DNA of 32,000 bases, from NCBI RefSeq assembly GCF_003966335.1, contig NZ_CP034549.1, positions 600,001 to 632,000 on the forward strand. Direction: 5' to 3'. Below are positions 8,547-19,078 of the stretch, piece after piece. Under the pieces are notes generated by a model that saw nothing but the letters and a program-made list of their open reading frames with translations, was not told the origin of the DNA and did not search any database. Each line of letters opens with the position of its first letter. Position 1 is the first letter of the stretch. This DNA comes from Nonlabens ponticola (GTDB lineage Bacteria; Bacteroidota; Bacteroidia; Flavobacteriales; Flavobacteriaceae). Made by a program: the position numbers and the translations under genes.

Positions 8547-9545
8547 ATGAGTGATTTAAAAGCGGCGATCACAGCCGTAGGCGCATACCTTCCAGACTAT
8601 CGATTGACCAACTCTATACTGGAGACCATGGTTGATACAAACGATGAATGGATTACTACACGCACGGGTATCAAAGAGCGCCGCATACTTAAAGACAAAG
8701 ATAAAGGCTCGTCCTTTCTGGCGATCAAAGCAGCACAAGACCTTATCGATCACAACGATATAGATCCATTGTCCATAGATTTGGTTATTGTGGCAACAGC
8801 CACACCAGATATGCCAGTGGCATCTACAGCCGCATATGTCGCCACACAGATAGGAGCGACAAACGCTTTCTCCTATGATCTAATGGCTGCCTGTTCCAGC
8901 TTTTTATATGGTATGAGTAATGCAGCGGCCTATGTGCAATCAGGCCGTTATAAGAAAGTGTTGCTCATTGGTGCAGACAAGATGTCCAGCATCATCGATT
9001 ATACAGATCGCGCTACGTGTATCATTTTTGGAGATGCAGGTGGCGCGGTTCTTTTTGAACCTAATAATGAAGGCCTAGGATTGCAGGATGAATTACTGCG
9101 TACAGATGGTAGCGGTCGCGACTTTTTACGCATAGAGGCTGGTGGCTCTATTTTGCCAGCATCACAGGAAACCGTTTTGAATAAGCAACATTTTGTCTAT
9201 CAAGACGGCAAGAATGTTTTTAAGCATGCCGTGTCAAACATGGCAAGCTGTGCAGAAGAAATCGTGAAGCGCAATAATCTCACCACTCAAGATATCGACT
9301 GGCTCGTGCCACATCAAGCAAACAAACGAATCATCGATGCCACTGCAAATAGAGTCAACTTGCCACAAGAGCAAGTAATGGTGAACATACACAAGTATGG
9401 TAACACAACAAGTGCTACCTTACCATTGTGTCTTAAAGACTATGAGAGTCAACTTAAAAAAGGAGATAACCTAGTATTTGCCGCCTTTGGTGGTGGTTTC
9501 ACTTGGGGTAGCATCCTTCTTAAATGGGCTTATAACAAGAACTAA
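8547..9545 (+). CDS. fabH: 3-oxoacyl-ACP synthase III
   Basis: 332 aa. Active-site motifs are AACSSFLYG (Cys), VPHQANKRI (His) and YGNTTSATLPL (Asn). Confidence 0.93.
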   Translation: MSDLKAAITAVGAYLPDYRLTNSILETMVDTNDEWITTRTGIKERRILKDKDKGSSFLAIKAAQDLIDHNDIDPLSIDLVIVATATPDMPVASTAAYVATQIGATNAFSYDLMAACSSFLYGMSNAAAYVQSGRYKKVLLIGADKMSSIIDYTDRATCIIFGDAGGAVLFEPNNEGLGLQDELLRTDGSGRDFLRIEAGGSILPASQETVLNKQHFVYQDGKNVFKHAVSNMASCAEEIVKRNNLTTQDIDWLVPHQANKRIIDATANRVNLPQEQVMVNIHKYGNTTSATLPLCLKDYESQLKKGDNLVFAAFGGGFTWGSILLKWAYNKN

Positions 9546-9560
9546 ACAATCATTAATTAT

Positions 9561-10046
9561 ATGGAAATCAAAGAAATTCAAAACCTGATCAAATTTGTAG
9601 CAAAGTCTGGCGCCAGCGAGGTAAAGCTAGAAATGGATGATTTCAAAATCACCATCAAGACTGGATCAGACGAGCCAGCGGTTACTTATGTACAGCAAGC
9701 AGCACCGCAACAGGCGATACAGGCGGCACCAGCTCAAGCCGCATCGGCACAGCCAGCGCAGGCACCAGCTCCAGCAGCAGCTGCTCCAGCGTCAAGTGAG
9801 GATAAGTACGTGACCATCAAGTCACCTATCATAGGTACCTTCTATAGAAAGCCATCACCAGACAAGCCAGTGTTTGCTGAGGTAGGCGACAGCATCAAGA
9901 TAGGCGATACACTTTGTGTAATCGAAGCCATGAAATTATTCAACGAGATTGAGAGTGAAGTCTCTGGTACTATCGTTAAGGTATTGGCGGACGACAGCTC
10001 ACCAGTTGAGTTTGATCAGCCATTATTTTTAGTAGATCCTTCCTAG
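9561..10046 (+). CDS. accB: Acetyl-CoA carboxylase biotin carboxyl carrier protein
   Basis: 161 aa with an Ala/Pro-rich linker and the biotinylation motif CVIEAMKLFNEIE. Confidence 0.93.
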   Translation: MEIKEIQNLIKFVAKSGASEVKLEMDDFKITIKTGSDEPAVTYVQQAAPQQAIQAAPAQAASAQPAQAPAPAAAAPASSEDKYVTIKSPIIGTFYRKPSPDKPVFAEVGDSIKIGDTLCVIEAMKLFNEIESEVSGTIVKVLADDSSPVEFDQPLFLVDPS

Positions 10047-10080
10047 TTTTCAAAAAATTAGCATAGAAGTAAAGGTTGTC

Positions 10081-10106
10081 GGGATTATGCTTTCGCGAAA
10101 GCGTAA
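10081..10106. repeat. Palindromic element copy (25/26 match to the archetype) in the accB-accC spacer
   Basis: GGGATTATGCTTTCGCGAAAGCGTAA, located 34 nt after the accB stop and 33 nt before the accC ATG. Confidence 0.85.
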
Positions 10107-10139
10107 ACACAACCATCACATCCACTAAAAACGAACATT

Positions 10140-11489
10140 ATGTTTAAAAAAATATTAATTGCAAACCGCGGTGAGATTGCTTTAAGAGTTATACGTACCT
10201 GTAAGGAAATGGGTATAAAAACTGTCGCAGTCTATTCTACGGCAGATGCTGAGAGCCTGCACGTAAAGTTTGCAGATGAGGCAGTATGTATAGGACCAGC
10301 TCCTAGCAACCAGTCCTACCTCAAGATGTCTAACATCATAAGTGCCGCAGAAATTACTAACGCAGACGCCATCCATCCAGGATACGGCTTCCTATCAGAA
10401 AATGCAGATTTTTCCCGTATTTGTCAAGAGCACAAGATCAAGTTTATTGGTGCCAGTCCAGATATGATCTCAAAAATGGGTGACAAGGCAACCGCCAAGG
10501 CTACCATGAAAGCTGCTGGTGTACCTTGTGTACCAGGATCAGAAGGAATTCTTGAAGATTTTGAGGATTGTAAGAAAACCGCGCTAGAAACTGGGTATCC
10601 TGTAATGCTTAAAGCTACCGCTGGTGGTGGTGGTAAAGGTATGCGCGCCGTATGGAAAGAAGAAGATCTTGAAAACGCGTGGAATAGTGCCCGTACAGAG
10701 TCTAAGGCCGCTTTTGGCAATGATGACATGTATATGGAAAAGCTTATTGAAGAGCCGCGTCACATTGAGATACAGGTAGTAGGCGATAGCTATGGTAAGG
10801 CGTGTCACCTGAGTGAACGCGACTGTAGTGTACAACGTCGCCACCAGAAGTTGACTGAAGAAGTGCCATCGCCATTCATGACAAAAGCACTGCGCAAGGA
10901 AATGGGTGAGGCGGCCGTAAAAGCTGCTGAGTTTATCTCTTATGAGGGCGCAGGAACGGTAGAGTTTTTAGTAGACAAGCACCGCAATTTCTACTTTATG
11001 GAGATGAATACCCGTATCCAGGTAGAGCACCCAATCACTGAACAGGTAATTGATTTTGATCTCATACGCGAGCAAATCCTTGTGGCATCAGGAGTTAAGA
11101 TTTCTGGTAAGAACTACCAGCCAGCCTTGCACTCTATTGAGTGCCGTATCAATGCCGAGGATCCTTATAATGGCTTTAGACCATCGCCAGGTAAGATTAC
11201 GGTATTGCATGCGCCAGGTGGCCATGGTGTGAGACTAGATACACACGTGTATGCTGGATATTCCATACCGCCTAACTATGATAGTATGATCGCAAAATTG
11301 ATCACTACCGCAAGAACGCGTCAAGAGGCCATCGATAAGATGAAACGCGCACTCGATGAGTTTGTGATAGAAGGCGTCAAGACGACCATACCATTCCACA
11401 GGCAATTGATGGACGAGCCAGATTATGTTTCTGGTAATTACACGACTGCCTTTATGGATACTTTCAAAATGAAGCCTCTCGAGGATTAA
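10140..11489 (+). CDS. accC: Acetyl-CoA carboxylase biotin carboxylase subunit
   Basis: 449 aa. It begins [19 protein letters not shown], has the ATP-grasp motif GGGGKGMR, and contains [14 protein letters not shown]. Confidence 0.95.
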   Translation: MFKKILIANRGEIALRVIRTCKEMGIKTVAVYSTADAESLHVKFADEAVCIGPAPSNQSYLKMSNIISAAEITNADAIHPGYGFLSENADFSRICQEHKIKFIGASPDMISKMGDKATAKATMKAAGVPCVPGSEGILEDFEDCKKTALETGYPVMLKATAGGGGKGMRAVWKEEDLENAWNSARTESKAAFGNDDMYMEKLIEEPRHIEIQVVGDSYGKACHLSERDCSVQRRHQKLTEEVPSPFMTKALRKEMGEAAVKAAEFISYEGAGTVEFLVDKHRNFYFMEMNTRIQVEHPITEQVIDFDLIREQILVASGVKISGKNYQPALHSIECRINAEDPYNGFRPSPGKITVLHAPGGHGVRLDTHVYAGYSIPPNYDSMIAKLITTARTRQEAIDKMKRALDEFVIEGVKTTIPFHRQLMDEPDYVSGNYTTAFMDTFKMKPLED

Positions 11490-11509
11490 GATTAAAGTAA
11501 CTGAATATA

Positions 11510-11546
11510 GAAAGCCCTGCATAATTTATGCAGGGCTTTCGTTTTT
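11510..11546 (+). terminator. Rho-independent terminator between convergent accC and the 11566 gene
   Basis: 14-bp stem gaaagccctgcata / tatgcagggctttc with a 3-nt loop, followed by GTTTTT. Confidence 0.85.
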
Positions 11547-11565
11547 AGTAAGGATAAGCATTCAC

Positions 11566-12180
11566 CTACTTACAATCCTGTTGTGCCTTTAACGTACCTT
11601 CAAGACCCCATTGAGGTTCAAAACCGCTAGTTTTCTCTTGTTCAAATAACGCAACTGCTTTATCTAGATCGCTGCAGTATGGTGACACATCTTTATTGAA
11701 GTATCGCGCACTGCCCATCAACCACTGCGCACGATTACTTACCACGCGTGGGTTATCTGGTGCCATCGCATAGGCTTTCTCATATAATGCTGTAGTAGGT
11801 CCAGATAGTTTCATTCCATAGATGGAACCGTCATAGGTTATCCAGCAAGTGTTGAGCAGTCCTTGCAGTACCATGATCTCTGCATTTTTAGGAGATAAGG
11901 ATTGCGCGATATCAATAAATTCTTGTGCTTTTTCCATGGTTGCCAGGGTTTGCTCTTTAGGGTATTGTCCCCAGGAACTATTGATGTTTGATAAGGCAGC
12001 ATAGTAGGCTGGAATCCAGTTATCTTTTTCGGCTTTTGAGATGCGCTCAAATTGCTGCGCGGCTGCTTGTGGATTTTCGTGCATCTGCTCCAGGGCTTTG
12101 GTCATCGCTTTCTCATACGGCGACTGCGCTAGAGTGATTATGGATAATAGTAGAAATAGAGTGGTGGTAATTGCTTTCAT
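11566..12180 (-). CDS. Hypothetical secreted all-helical protein
   Basis: 204 aa. It has the signal peptide MKAITTTLFLLLSIITLAQS and a helical, TPR-like composition, but I recognise no family motif. It lies directly downstream of the TonB-dependent receptor. Confidence 0.6.
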   Translation of the reverse strand: MKAITTTLFLLLSIITLAQSPYEKAMTKALEQMHENPQAAAQQFERISKAEKDNWIPAYYAALSNINSSWGQYPKEQTLATMEKAQEFIDIAQSLSPKNAEIMVLQGLLNTCWITYDGSIYGMKLSGPTTALYEKAYAMAPDNPRVVSNRAQWLMGSARYFNKDVSPYCSDLDKAVALFEQEKTSGFEPQWGLEGTLKAQQDCK

Positions 12181-12218
12181 GACTTAAGGTGTTTTGATTA
12201 TTTGTTTTAAAAGTATTG

Positions 12219-12244
12219 GTGATTTCGCTTTCGCGGAAGCGTAA
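12219..12244. repeat. Palindromic element copy (23/26)
   Basis: GTGATTTCGCTTTCGCGGAAGCGTAA, located 35 nt after the receptor gene stop on the minus strand. Confidence 0.8.
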
Positions 12245-12279
12245 CTATCCCAACTGTCGCATGGCACGACTCAATTGTA

Positions 12280-14421
12280 TTATAGGTTATCCAACTGATT
12301 GTCAATTCCGCCTATAGTCCAGAAAAAGCCCACAAAAATGAATCGATCTGCAGCCTGACCTATGGTGCGACGATCAAATTGACCTTGAGCATCTGGCGTG
12401 CTGCTGTATTGATAGCCAAATACATTATCGCGCCCCAAAACATTACTTACCGATAAATAGAGGATTTTTTGATCGTCAATCAAATAAGCCCAATTAAAGT
12501 CAAGACTCTGGAAGGAAGTGGTCTGATCGTTGAGAAATCCTGATTCATTGGCATTAGTAAATGGCCTACCGCTGGCATAATTGTAAGTGAATCCCAATTG
12601 TGATTGTAAGTTATCAACCCAATACTTTGTAACGATGCTCAAATTATGATCTGTGGCAAAGGCTGGCGTGGCGCTTTCTGGGAAATTGCGATACAAACGC
12701 TGTGTGTCTAGGTAGGAATAACTTACCCAATATTCTAGATTCTTGATGGACTGCTCATCACGCCAGAAGAGATCCAGACCGGTCGCATAACCATCACCTG
12801 TATTAGTATAATTGGTGTCAAAACCAGGCATGGCATCATCAAAGGTTAATAGATTGTCGTATTGCTTGTAATAAGCTTCGGCACGCAACATTCTATTGTT
12901 CTTTTTGTGCAAGAAGTTGAGGATAAAATGTTGTGCGGTCTCTGTCTCTAACAATGGATCGTATTGTAATATGGCATTATCAACTTGCTGATTAAACACT
13001 CCATAGGCCGCCGATAGTTGCGTGCTATTGCTCAAGCTTACTGCAGCGCTCAATCGTGGCGATAATTCTACACTTTGTGTATTGTCGTAATAATCTGCGC
13101 GGCCACCTATTTTGAAGGCGAGATCTTTTGAGGCAAAAACCTCAGTCTCTGCATATATTCCTGTATTGTTCTGGGTGATATTTGTCTTGAAAGGCTCGTC
13201 TTGAAATCTCACTTTTTCTTGACTATCAATATAAAACTGCTCTGCGCCAAAGTGAATCTTAAAGTAATTACTGTACCTTTTTGATAATTTGAGTTTTGCA
13301 TGCACAGCAGTCTCTGCATTGTCAACACTCGTTCTGGCTATATCGAGGTCTGTATGATCTTGTGATAGGCTGATACCTGTTTGTAGATCCCAACTTTCTG
13401 ATAGCTCGCCGCTATAGTTGAGGTTGCCATAGTAATTGCGATTGCGTAAGCCAAAAAAGAAGCCATCTGCCACGTTAATATCTTCTTGATTCAAACTAAA
13501 ATCACTGTATGAGAATGCTCCGTAAGCCTTAAACAATCCTTTACTCGTTTTATGTCTATAGACAGCCTCGCCGCTGGCACCTTGGTATGGATCGATGAAT
13601 TGATTGTTTTGTGGTACTACCTCGTTATAAGGTGCGAGATTGATGTAAGTGGCGTTTACGCTCACACTGTTATCATCCCAAATCTCCGTATGGCCAGCAC
13701 CTACACCAACGGTCATGAGCTGTATTTCCGTTTTTTCTTCCACAGGAAAATCGGTCGTATTGAGTAACAGCACAGATGATAGCGCGTCGCCATATTCTGC
13801 ACTATAACCACCTGTGGAAAAGGTGATACCATCAAATAAAAACGGCGAGAATCTACCGCGTGTTGGGATATTTCCCGTAGTAGGCAAATAAGGGCTGAAT
13901 ACTCGATTACCATCCACAAAAATCTGTGTCTCATCTGCAGTACCACCACGCACAAACAACCTACCATCATCAGGATTTGCGGTTGTTCCAGGTAATGTTT
14001 GCAACGCGCCAATAAAATCGCCAGCGGCGCCTGCCGTTGTGACCACATCAAGTGGCTTTAGGGCATTTACCTTTGAATTATCACCAGCACTAAAGCTGCC
14101 GGCGCTCAATACAACCGTATTGAGCTCATTCATGCTTTCTCTCAATTTTATGTCGAGATTTTCAAGCGCTGCGATGTCACTTTCTTTTCTGTAGGGCTCA
14201 AAACCTATATAGCTGGCAACGAGTATAACAATACCAGATTCTTCACTGTTGAATTTGAAATTGCCATCAACATCTGTCATGGCGCCGTCATAGGTTCCTT
14301 CTAGATAAACGTTCACTCCAGGAATAGGTAATCCCGTTTGATCTGTAATGGTTCCAGAAATAGTTGTTTGTGCTGTGCAAATTGATACGACGAGAAGCAG
14401 AAGGTAAAGAAGCGTTTTCAT
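12280..14421 (-). CDS. TonB-dependent receptor with a carboxypeptidase-regulatory-like N-domain
   Basis: 713 aa. It has a signal peptide and a CarbopepD_reg-like segment (ISGTITDQTGLPIPGVNVYLEGT...TDVDGNFKF). A plug region follows (LKPLDVVTTAGAAGD...RVFVRGG-like LFVRGGTADETQIFVDG), then a long beta-barrel-type sequence. Confidence 0.85.
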   Translation of the reverse strand: MKTLLYLLLLVVSICTAQTTISGTITDQTGLPIPGVNVYLEGTYDGAMTDVDGNFKFNSEESGIVILVASYIGFEPYRKESDIAALENLDIKLRESMNELNTVVLSAGSFSAGDNSKVNALKPLDVVTTAGAAGDFIGALQTLPGTTANPDDGRLFVRGGTADETQIFVDGNRVFSPYLPTTGNIPTRGRFSPFLFDGITFSTGGYSAEYGDALSSVLLLNTTDFPVEEKTEIQLMTVGVGAGHTEIWDDNSVSVNATYINLAPYNEVVPQNNQFIDPYQGASGEAVYRHKTSKGLFKAYGAFSYSDFSLNQEDINVADGFFFGLRNRNYYGNLNYSGELSESWDLQTGISLSQDHTDLDIARTSVDNAETAVHAKLKLSKRYSNYFKIHFGAEQFYIDSQEKVRFQDEPFKTNITQNNTGIYAETEVFASKDLAFKIGGRADYYDNTQSVELSPRLSAAVSLSNSTQLSAAYGVFNQQVDNAILQYDPLLETETAQHFILNFLHKKNNRMLRAEAYYKQYDNLLTFDDAMPGFDTNYTNTGDGYATGLDLFWRDEQSIKNLEYWVSYSYLDTQRLYRNFPESATPAFATDHNLSIVTKYWVDNLQSQLGFTYNYASGRPFTNANESGFLNDQTTSFQSLDFNWAYLIDDQKILYLSVSNVLGRDNVFGYQYSSTPDAQGQFDRRTIGQAADRFIFVGFFWTIGGIDNQLDNL

Positions 14422-14519
14422 GGTAAGCTAGATTGATAACACAAACATGCGACACGTTTGCTGTCTCAAAAACTAGAAGCTACCCAACTGTAATTACTTG
14501 TTGCTGAATTGGGAATATC

Positions 14520-15470
14520 TTACCTAATAGAGAGAAAGACGGTCTCGCCTGGCTTTAGGTAGGATCCATGATTTACCCATAGAACCTGATCTTTATCTTG
14601 ACACTCAATCAAATAAAAACCACCCTTAAAATACGATTGTATCACTGTTGACTTATACCCTTTATTACTTATTTGCAGTCGATGTGGATAAAGTAAAAGC
14701 TCTTCTTGATTGCCAAAAATACCTGCAGGCACTACGGTTACATCATCAAATAATGAAGCTACATAAATAGTTTTTGGCTTTGAGTAGAGCGATTTTGTTT
14801 CTCTATGGTCGATGATGGCGCCTTGACGCATCACAATGGTCTCATCACTAAATGAAAGTACATCATTCTTATCGTGAGTAGCAATCAAGCAGCTGATCTT
14901 TTGTTCTTTCACATAGGCAAACAAGCGACGTCTCAACATGTTTTTCCTGAAATTGTCCACATGCGAGAATGGCTCGTCCAGTAGTAGTAATTTAGGTTCT
15001 TCAGCTAGTGCTTTGGCTATGGCGACTCGTTGTTTTTGTCCACCAGAGAGCGTTTTCACCTTGCGATCTACATAGGTTGACATCTCAACAACTTCGAGTA
15101 ATTGCTTAATGCGATCTTCACGACCTTTCATTTGTATGGACAAATGCTCGCCTACATTTTCGGCAACGGTTGTAAATGGCATCAAATCAAATTCCTGTGG
15201 CACATATTTCATCATGGGATGACCAGGCACAAGGTGATGATCTGCACCCAGTAATTCTTCTCCTTTCCAGGTAATCGTACCGTGATCTGCTTGTTGCAGT
15301 CCATAAATAAGATCAAGCAGCGTACTCTTGCCACAACCACTTTCTCCCATGACGGCAGCAACGCGATCTGGCTCTAGAAGTAATGAAATATCACTAAGAG
15401 TTCTCGTGGTACTTCTGTCACTTCCTTCATCTCCAGCAAAGGAAAAACTTACATTATCTAATTGTAGCAT
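14520..15470 (-). CDS. ABC transporter ATP-binding protein with no adjacent permease
   Basis: Walker A is GESGCGKST, the signature is LSGGQKQR, Walker B is LLLLDEP and the H-loop is IATHD. There is a C-terminal extension of about 90 aa. The track start at 15494 is a GTG inside the upstream terminator, so I chose the ATG at 15470 (MLQLDNVSF). Confidence 0.85.
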   Translation of the reverse strand: MLQLDNVSFSFAGDEGSDRSTTRTLSDISLLLEPDRVAAVMGESGCGKSTLLDLIYGLQQADHGTITWKGEELLGADHHLVPGHPMMKYVPQEFDLMPFTTVAENVGEHLSIQMKGREDRIKQLLEVVEMSTYVDRKVKTLSGGQKQRVAIAKALAEEPKLLLLDEPFSHVDNFRKNMLRRRLFAYVKEQKISCLIATHDKNDVLSFSDETIVMRQGAIIDHRETKSLYSKPKTIYVASLFDDVTVVPAGIFGNQEELLLYPHRLQISNKGYKSTVIQSYFKGGFYLIECQDKDQVLWVNHGSYLKPGETVFLSIR

Positions 15471-15492
15471 GATGCAAAAGTAGGTGGTAGGC

Positions 15493-15526
15493 ACAAAAAA
15501 ACCGCTTGGGGTTGATCAAGCGGTTT
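15493..15526 (-). terminator. Rho-independent terminator after the prolyl oligopeptidase gene
   Basis: On the minus strand, stem aaaccgcttg / caagcggttt with an 8-nt loop, followed by TTTTTTGTG. Confidence 0.75.
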
Positions 15527-15549
15527 ATGATTATTACACACATGTGGTT

Positions 15550-17703
15550 TTACATGCTAGAAGCTGCTGGCAGTTCTTTATAACCCATATTATATAGGGC
15601 AAAGCTATAAATGTCTGACTGCAATTCAATGATCTTACTAGTAGGTGTTCCTGCACCATGACCAGCATCTGTCTCAATGCGTATGAGTGTTGGATTACTA
15701 CCAGCTTGCTTGTCTTGAAGCTCTGCCGCAAACTTGAATGAGTGTGCTGGCACCACGCGATCATCATGGTCGCCAGTAGTCACCAGTGTAGCAGGATATC
15801 TAGTTCCTTCTTTTACATTGTGAAGCGGTGAATAGTTTTTGAGGTAATTGAACATCTCTGCATCATCCTCGGCAGTACCATAGTCGTATGCCCAGCCTGC
15901 GCCTGATGTGAACTTGTTGTAGCGCAACATATCCAGTACACCTACTTGAGGAATGGCTACGGCTGCAAGATCTGGTTGTTGAGTCATGGTAGCACCTACT
16001 AATAGGCCACCGTTGGAACCACCTTGAATAGCCAGTTTTTCAGTACTCGTGTAGTTTTCTTTCTTTAAGTATTCTGCAGCTGCAATGAAGTCGTCAAAGA
16101 CGTTTTGCTTTTGCATTTTGGTTCCTGCATCGTGCCACTTCTTGCCGTACTCACCACCACCGCGCAAGTTTGCCACGGCATAGATACCACCTAATTCCAT
16201 CCACGCGGCACGTGAAACGCTAAAGCCTGGGTTAAGCGAGATATTAAAACCACCGTATCCATATAGAATTGTCGGATTTGAACCGTCTAACTCAAGGCCC
16301 TTTTTATGCGAAATGATCATCGGTATTTTGGTACCATCTTTTGAGGTATAGAATACCTGCTTGCTTTCATAATTGCTAGGATCAAATTCTACCTGTGCAG
16401 TTTTGTACAGCGAAGAGGTTCCATTTTCAATGTCATATAAGTACGTGCTACCTGGCGTCACATAATTTGTAAAACTGTAGTATAAGGTCTCGTCATCTTC
16501 CTTAGCGCCAAAACCACCCACGTTACCTACTCCAGGAAGCTCAACCTCACGTACCAGGCTGCCATCATAGTTGTATTGTTCAATTTTTGAAACGGCATCT
16601 ACCATGTATTCTGCAAAAATGTAGCCGCCACCAGTCGATGGAGAAAGCACATTTTCTTTCTCAGCAATGACATCTGTCCAGTTTGCTGGTGCTGGATTAT
16701 CTAGATCCATGCTCACGATCCTGCGATTAGGTGCGTTATAATCAGTTACCAGCCAGAACTTTTTGCCTTCATTGTGAACCACACCTGTATTGGTGTCAAA
16801 ATTGTCCAACACGGTAATCATTTTTTGATTGCCTTCAAGCGGCTTTACAAACATTTTACCACCGTTAGTCGCGGTACTTGCTGAAATGATGAGATACTTC
16901 TGGTCATCGGTCACGCCACCGCCTACATAGCGGTATTTCTGGTCTGTCTTGTTACCGAATACGACTGGATCTGCGCTTTGAGGCGTGTTTAATTTGTGGT
17001 AATACAAATTGTGTTGATCAGTCAATGCACTTAACTCACTACCATCTGGCTTATCATAACTAGAGTAGTAGAAGCCGTCGTTATTTCTCCATGAGATACC
17101 AGAAAATTTGACATCGACAATCGTATCGCCTATTTGCTCTTTACTCGCTGCATCCAGCACAATGATTTTGCGCCAGTCGCTACCACCTTCTGATATGGAG
17201 TAGGCTACTCGTGATCCATCCTTAGTGAAACTCATGCCACCTAGTGAGATCGTTCCATCTTCACTAAAGCTGTTTGGATCTAGAAAAACCTCAGCGGTAT
17301 CAGGATCTGCATCTTTTTCATATCGGTACAGCACATATTGATTCTGCAACCCATCATTTTTATAGAAATAGGCATAGTCGCCTTCTATAAATGGTGCGCC
17401 TATTTTCTCATAGTTCCACAATTGGGTCATGCGTTCTTTGATATCATCACGATATTCAATCTGCCCAAGATATTCTTGAGTCAATTTATTTTGCTCCTTT
17501 ACCCAAGAGCCAGTTTCCTCACTCCGATCGTCTTCTAGCCAGCGGTATGGATCTTTTACTTCGGTGCCAAAGTAGGTATCTGTCTGATCTACTTTTTTGG
17601 TTTCTGGGTAATTCAACGCCATCTCTGGTTCTTTTTCTTCCTCTTTACAGCTGCTGGCAATTGCTACAACAGCTAGACAAGCTATGGTTAGTTTAAGTTT
17701 CAT
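15550..17703 (-). CDS. S9A prolyl oligopeptidase (prolyl endopeptidase), lipoprotein
   Basis: Catalytic Ser motif [10 protein letters not shown], plus GDHDDRV and DAGHGAG. The N-terminal beta-propeller region begins YPETKKVDQ...DPYRWLED. The likely start is [19 protein letters not shown] (lipobox) at 17703 rather than the track start at 17748. Confidence 0.9.
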   Translation of the reverse strand: MKLKLTIACLAVVAIASSCKEEEKEPEMALNYPETKKVDQTDTYFGTEVKDPYRWLEDDRSEETGSWVKEQNKLTQEYLGQIEYRDDIKERMTQLWNYEKIGAPFIEGDYAYFYKNDGLQNQYVLYRYEKDADPDTAEVFLDPNSFSEDGTISLGGMSFTKDGSRVAYSISEGGSDWRKIIVLDAASKEQIGDTIVDVKFSGISWRNNDGFYYSSYDKPDGSELSALTDQHNLYYHKLNTPQSADPVVFGNKTDQKYRYVGGGVTDDQKYLIISASTATNGGKMFVKPLEGNQKMITVLDNFDTNTGVVHNEGKKFWLVTDYNAPNRRIVSMDLDNPAPANWTDVIAEKENVLSPSTGGGYIFAEYMVDAVSKIEQYNYDGSLVREVELPGVGNVGGFGAKEDDETLYYSFTNYVTPGSTYLYDIENGTSSLYKTAQVEFDPSNYESKQVFYTSKDGTKIPMIISHKKGLELDGSNPTILYGYGGFNISLNPGFSVSRAAWMELGGIYAVANLRGGGEYGKKWHDAGTKMQKQNVFDDFIAAAEYLKKENYTSTEKLAIQGGSNGGLLVGATMTQQPDLAAVAIPQVGVLDMLRYNKFTSGAGWAYDYGTAEDDAEMFNYLKNYSPLHNVKEGTRYPATLVTTGDHDDRVVPAHSFKFAAELQDKQAGSNPTLIRIETDAGHGAGTPTSKIIELQSDIYSFALYNMGYKELPAASSM

Positions 17704-17707
17704 AAGT

Positions 17708-19027
17708 CTAATTTTTGATAATGGTTTGAGTATAAGTATCACTCGCACTATATAATGTTACAAGGTATAATCCAGACGCCACATCTTGCAGGCTCAATCT
17801 TTGGGTGTTGCCACTCGCCTCTTTTAAGATAATTCCCGTGAGACTTCTTACCACGATGCGATCTAGCGGTGCATCTGTTTGTATAGATAGGACATCGTTT
17901 GTAGGGTTGGGATATAGGGATACCGCTTTCGCGAAAGCTGAATCATCAACAGTCAACACGCTGCCGGTATAGTCAAAAACTCCACCTGTAAGCTGGTCAC
18001 TGGTAAAGCCGCCAGAGTAACCGGTGGTCTCGTTAAAGAACGCCACATCGACGTATTGACGCGTGTTGATATTTGTCCAGGTGACGCCGTTGTCACGAGA
18101 ATAGGAGCTACCAGAGAAATCAGGATCTGACCCGACGCTCACGATAGAATTTGTGCCAGGAACATAGGCAATGTTGTCTCCATAGGGATTTCCCGTACCG
18201 CTTATCACGATCAATTGCCAGGTGGCGCCAGCATCGTTTGTGCCGTACAGCGTGCCATCGTTAGTTTGCAGGATACCTCTAGTTGGGTTGCCAAAGCTCA
18301 CGTCTGCATTGATGTCCACACCGCCAAAATCTGATACTGGTGTGTCATAGACCTGCCAGTTCATGCCTTTATCTGTTGAGTGAAACAACCTACCATTGCT
18401 GGTCGTGAACCAGATGGAATCACCGCTGAAGGTCTTTTGCGCTAGATAACCAGTCTCGCCAGCTTGTGGCGCCGGAATATTTGCAGGACTGATAGCCGTG
18501 AATGTCGCACCACCATCTTGGGTAGTGTACAATTCCCATTGATTATTGATGGGATCACCTATAACAATACCTTCATTGTCGTTGAAAAAATGCACCACAT
18601 TAGGGAAACTATTGCTATTTGAAAACTGAGTGGTAGTCAACATCGTCCAACTATCACCACCATCTACTGTTTGCCACAATCCACCTTGGTGGTCGCTATC
18701 ACGCGGATAGGCTGCTACATAACACATCGTCGCACTCAGTGCCGAAATGTCTGAAATCCCTAGACCGACTTCACCTAAAACAAATTGACCAGAATCCCAG
18801 GTCTCACCACCATCTTCTGATTTTGAGAATCGTTGGACATTGTTGTTAGGATTGAGGCCATCATAACCAATACCCCAAACCACATTTTCATCAACAATAG
18901 AAAACCTGGAGATACCTGATGATGGTACCGTAAAATCTGAATCACGTTCTACCCAGAATTGCGCACCAGCTGGAATTGACAATATCAATGATAGCCCTAG
19001 AAGTAATAGTTGTTTCATTTTAAACAT
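17708..19027 (-). CDS. Secreted BNR/Asp-box repeat beta-propeller protein with a T9SS C-terminal sorting domain
   Basis: It has a signal peptide and six SxDxGxTW-like Asp-boxes ([48 protein letters not shown]). The C-terminus [12 protein letters not shown]...GLYLVTLYS...QTIIKN is typical of the Por/T9SS CTD. Confidence 0.85.
   Translation of the reverse strand: MFKMKQLLLLGLSLILSIPAGAQFWVERDSDFTVPSSGISRFSIVDENVVWGIGYDGLNPNNNVQRFSKSEDGGETWDSGQFVLGEVGLGISDISALSATMCYVAAYPRDSDHQGGLWQTVDGGDSWTMLTTTQFSNSNSFPNVVHFFNDNEGIVIGDPINNQWELYTTQDGGATFTAISPANIPAPQAGETGYLAQKTFSGDSIWFTTSNGRLFHSTDKGMNWQVYDTPVSDFGGVDINADVSFGNPTRGILQTNDGTLYGTNDAGATWQLIVISGTGNPYGDNIAYVPGTNSIVSVGSDPDFSGSSYSRDNGVTWTNINTRQYVDVAFFNETTGYSGGFTSDQLTGGVFDYTGSVLTVDDSAFAKAVSLYPNPTNDVLSIQTDAPLDRIVVRSLTGIILKEASGNTQRLSLQDVASGLYLVTLYSASDTYTQTIIKN
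17917..17942. repeat. In-CDS copy of the palindromic element (22/26), encoding SAFAKAVS at the propeller/CTD junction
   Basis: GGGATACCGCTTTCGCGAAAGCTGAA. On the coding (minus) strand it reads tca gct ttc gcg aaa gcg gta tcc c, and the element's TAA is replaced by GTA. Confidence 0.8.
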
Positions 19028-19078
19028 TTGATTATTACTAAAATAGCTATTTATTAACGGTAACCAGTGATAATAGCT

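Noticed and set aside
9693-9797. A GC-rich Ala/Pro/Gln low-complexity tract in accB.
   Set aside because: This is the normal flexible linker of biotin carboxyl carrier proteins and not a repeat element or foreign insertion.
13713-14051. A 112-aa same-strand alternative-frame ORF inside the TonB-dependent receptor gene.
   Set aside because: It is fully nested in a well-supported 713-aa CDS. It is Cys- and Met-rich with unnatural composition, and I see no evidence for frameshifting signals.
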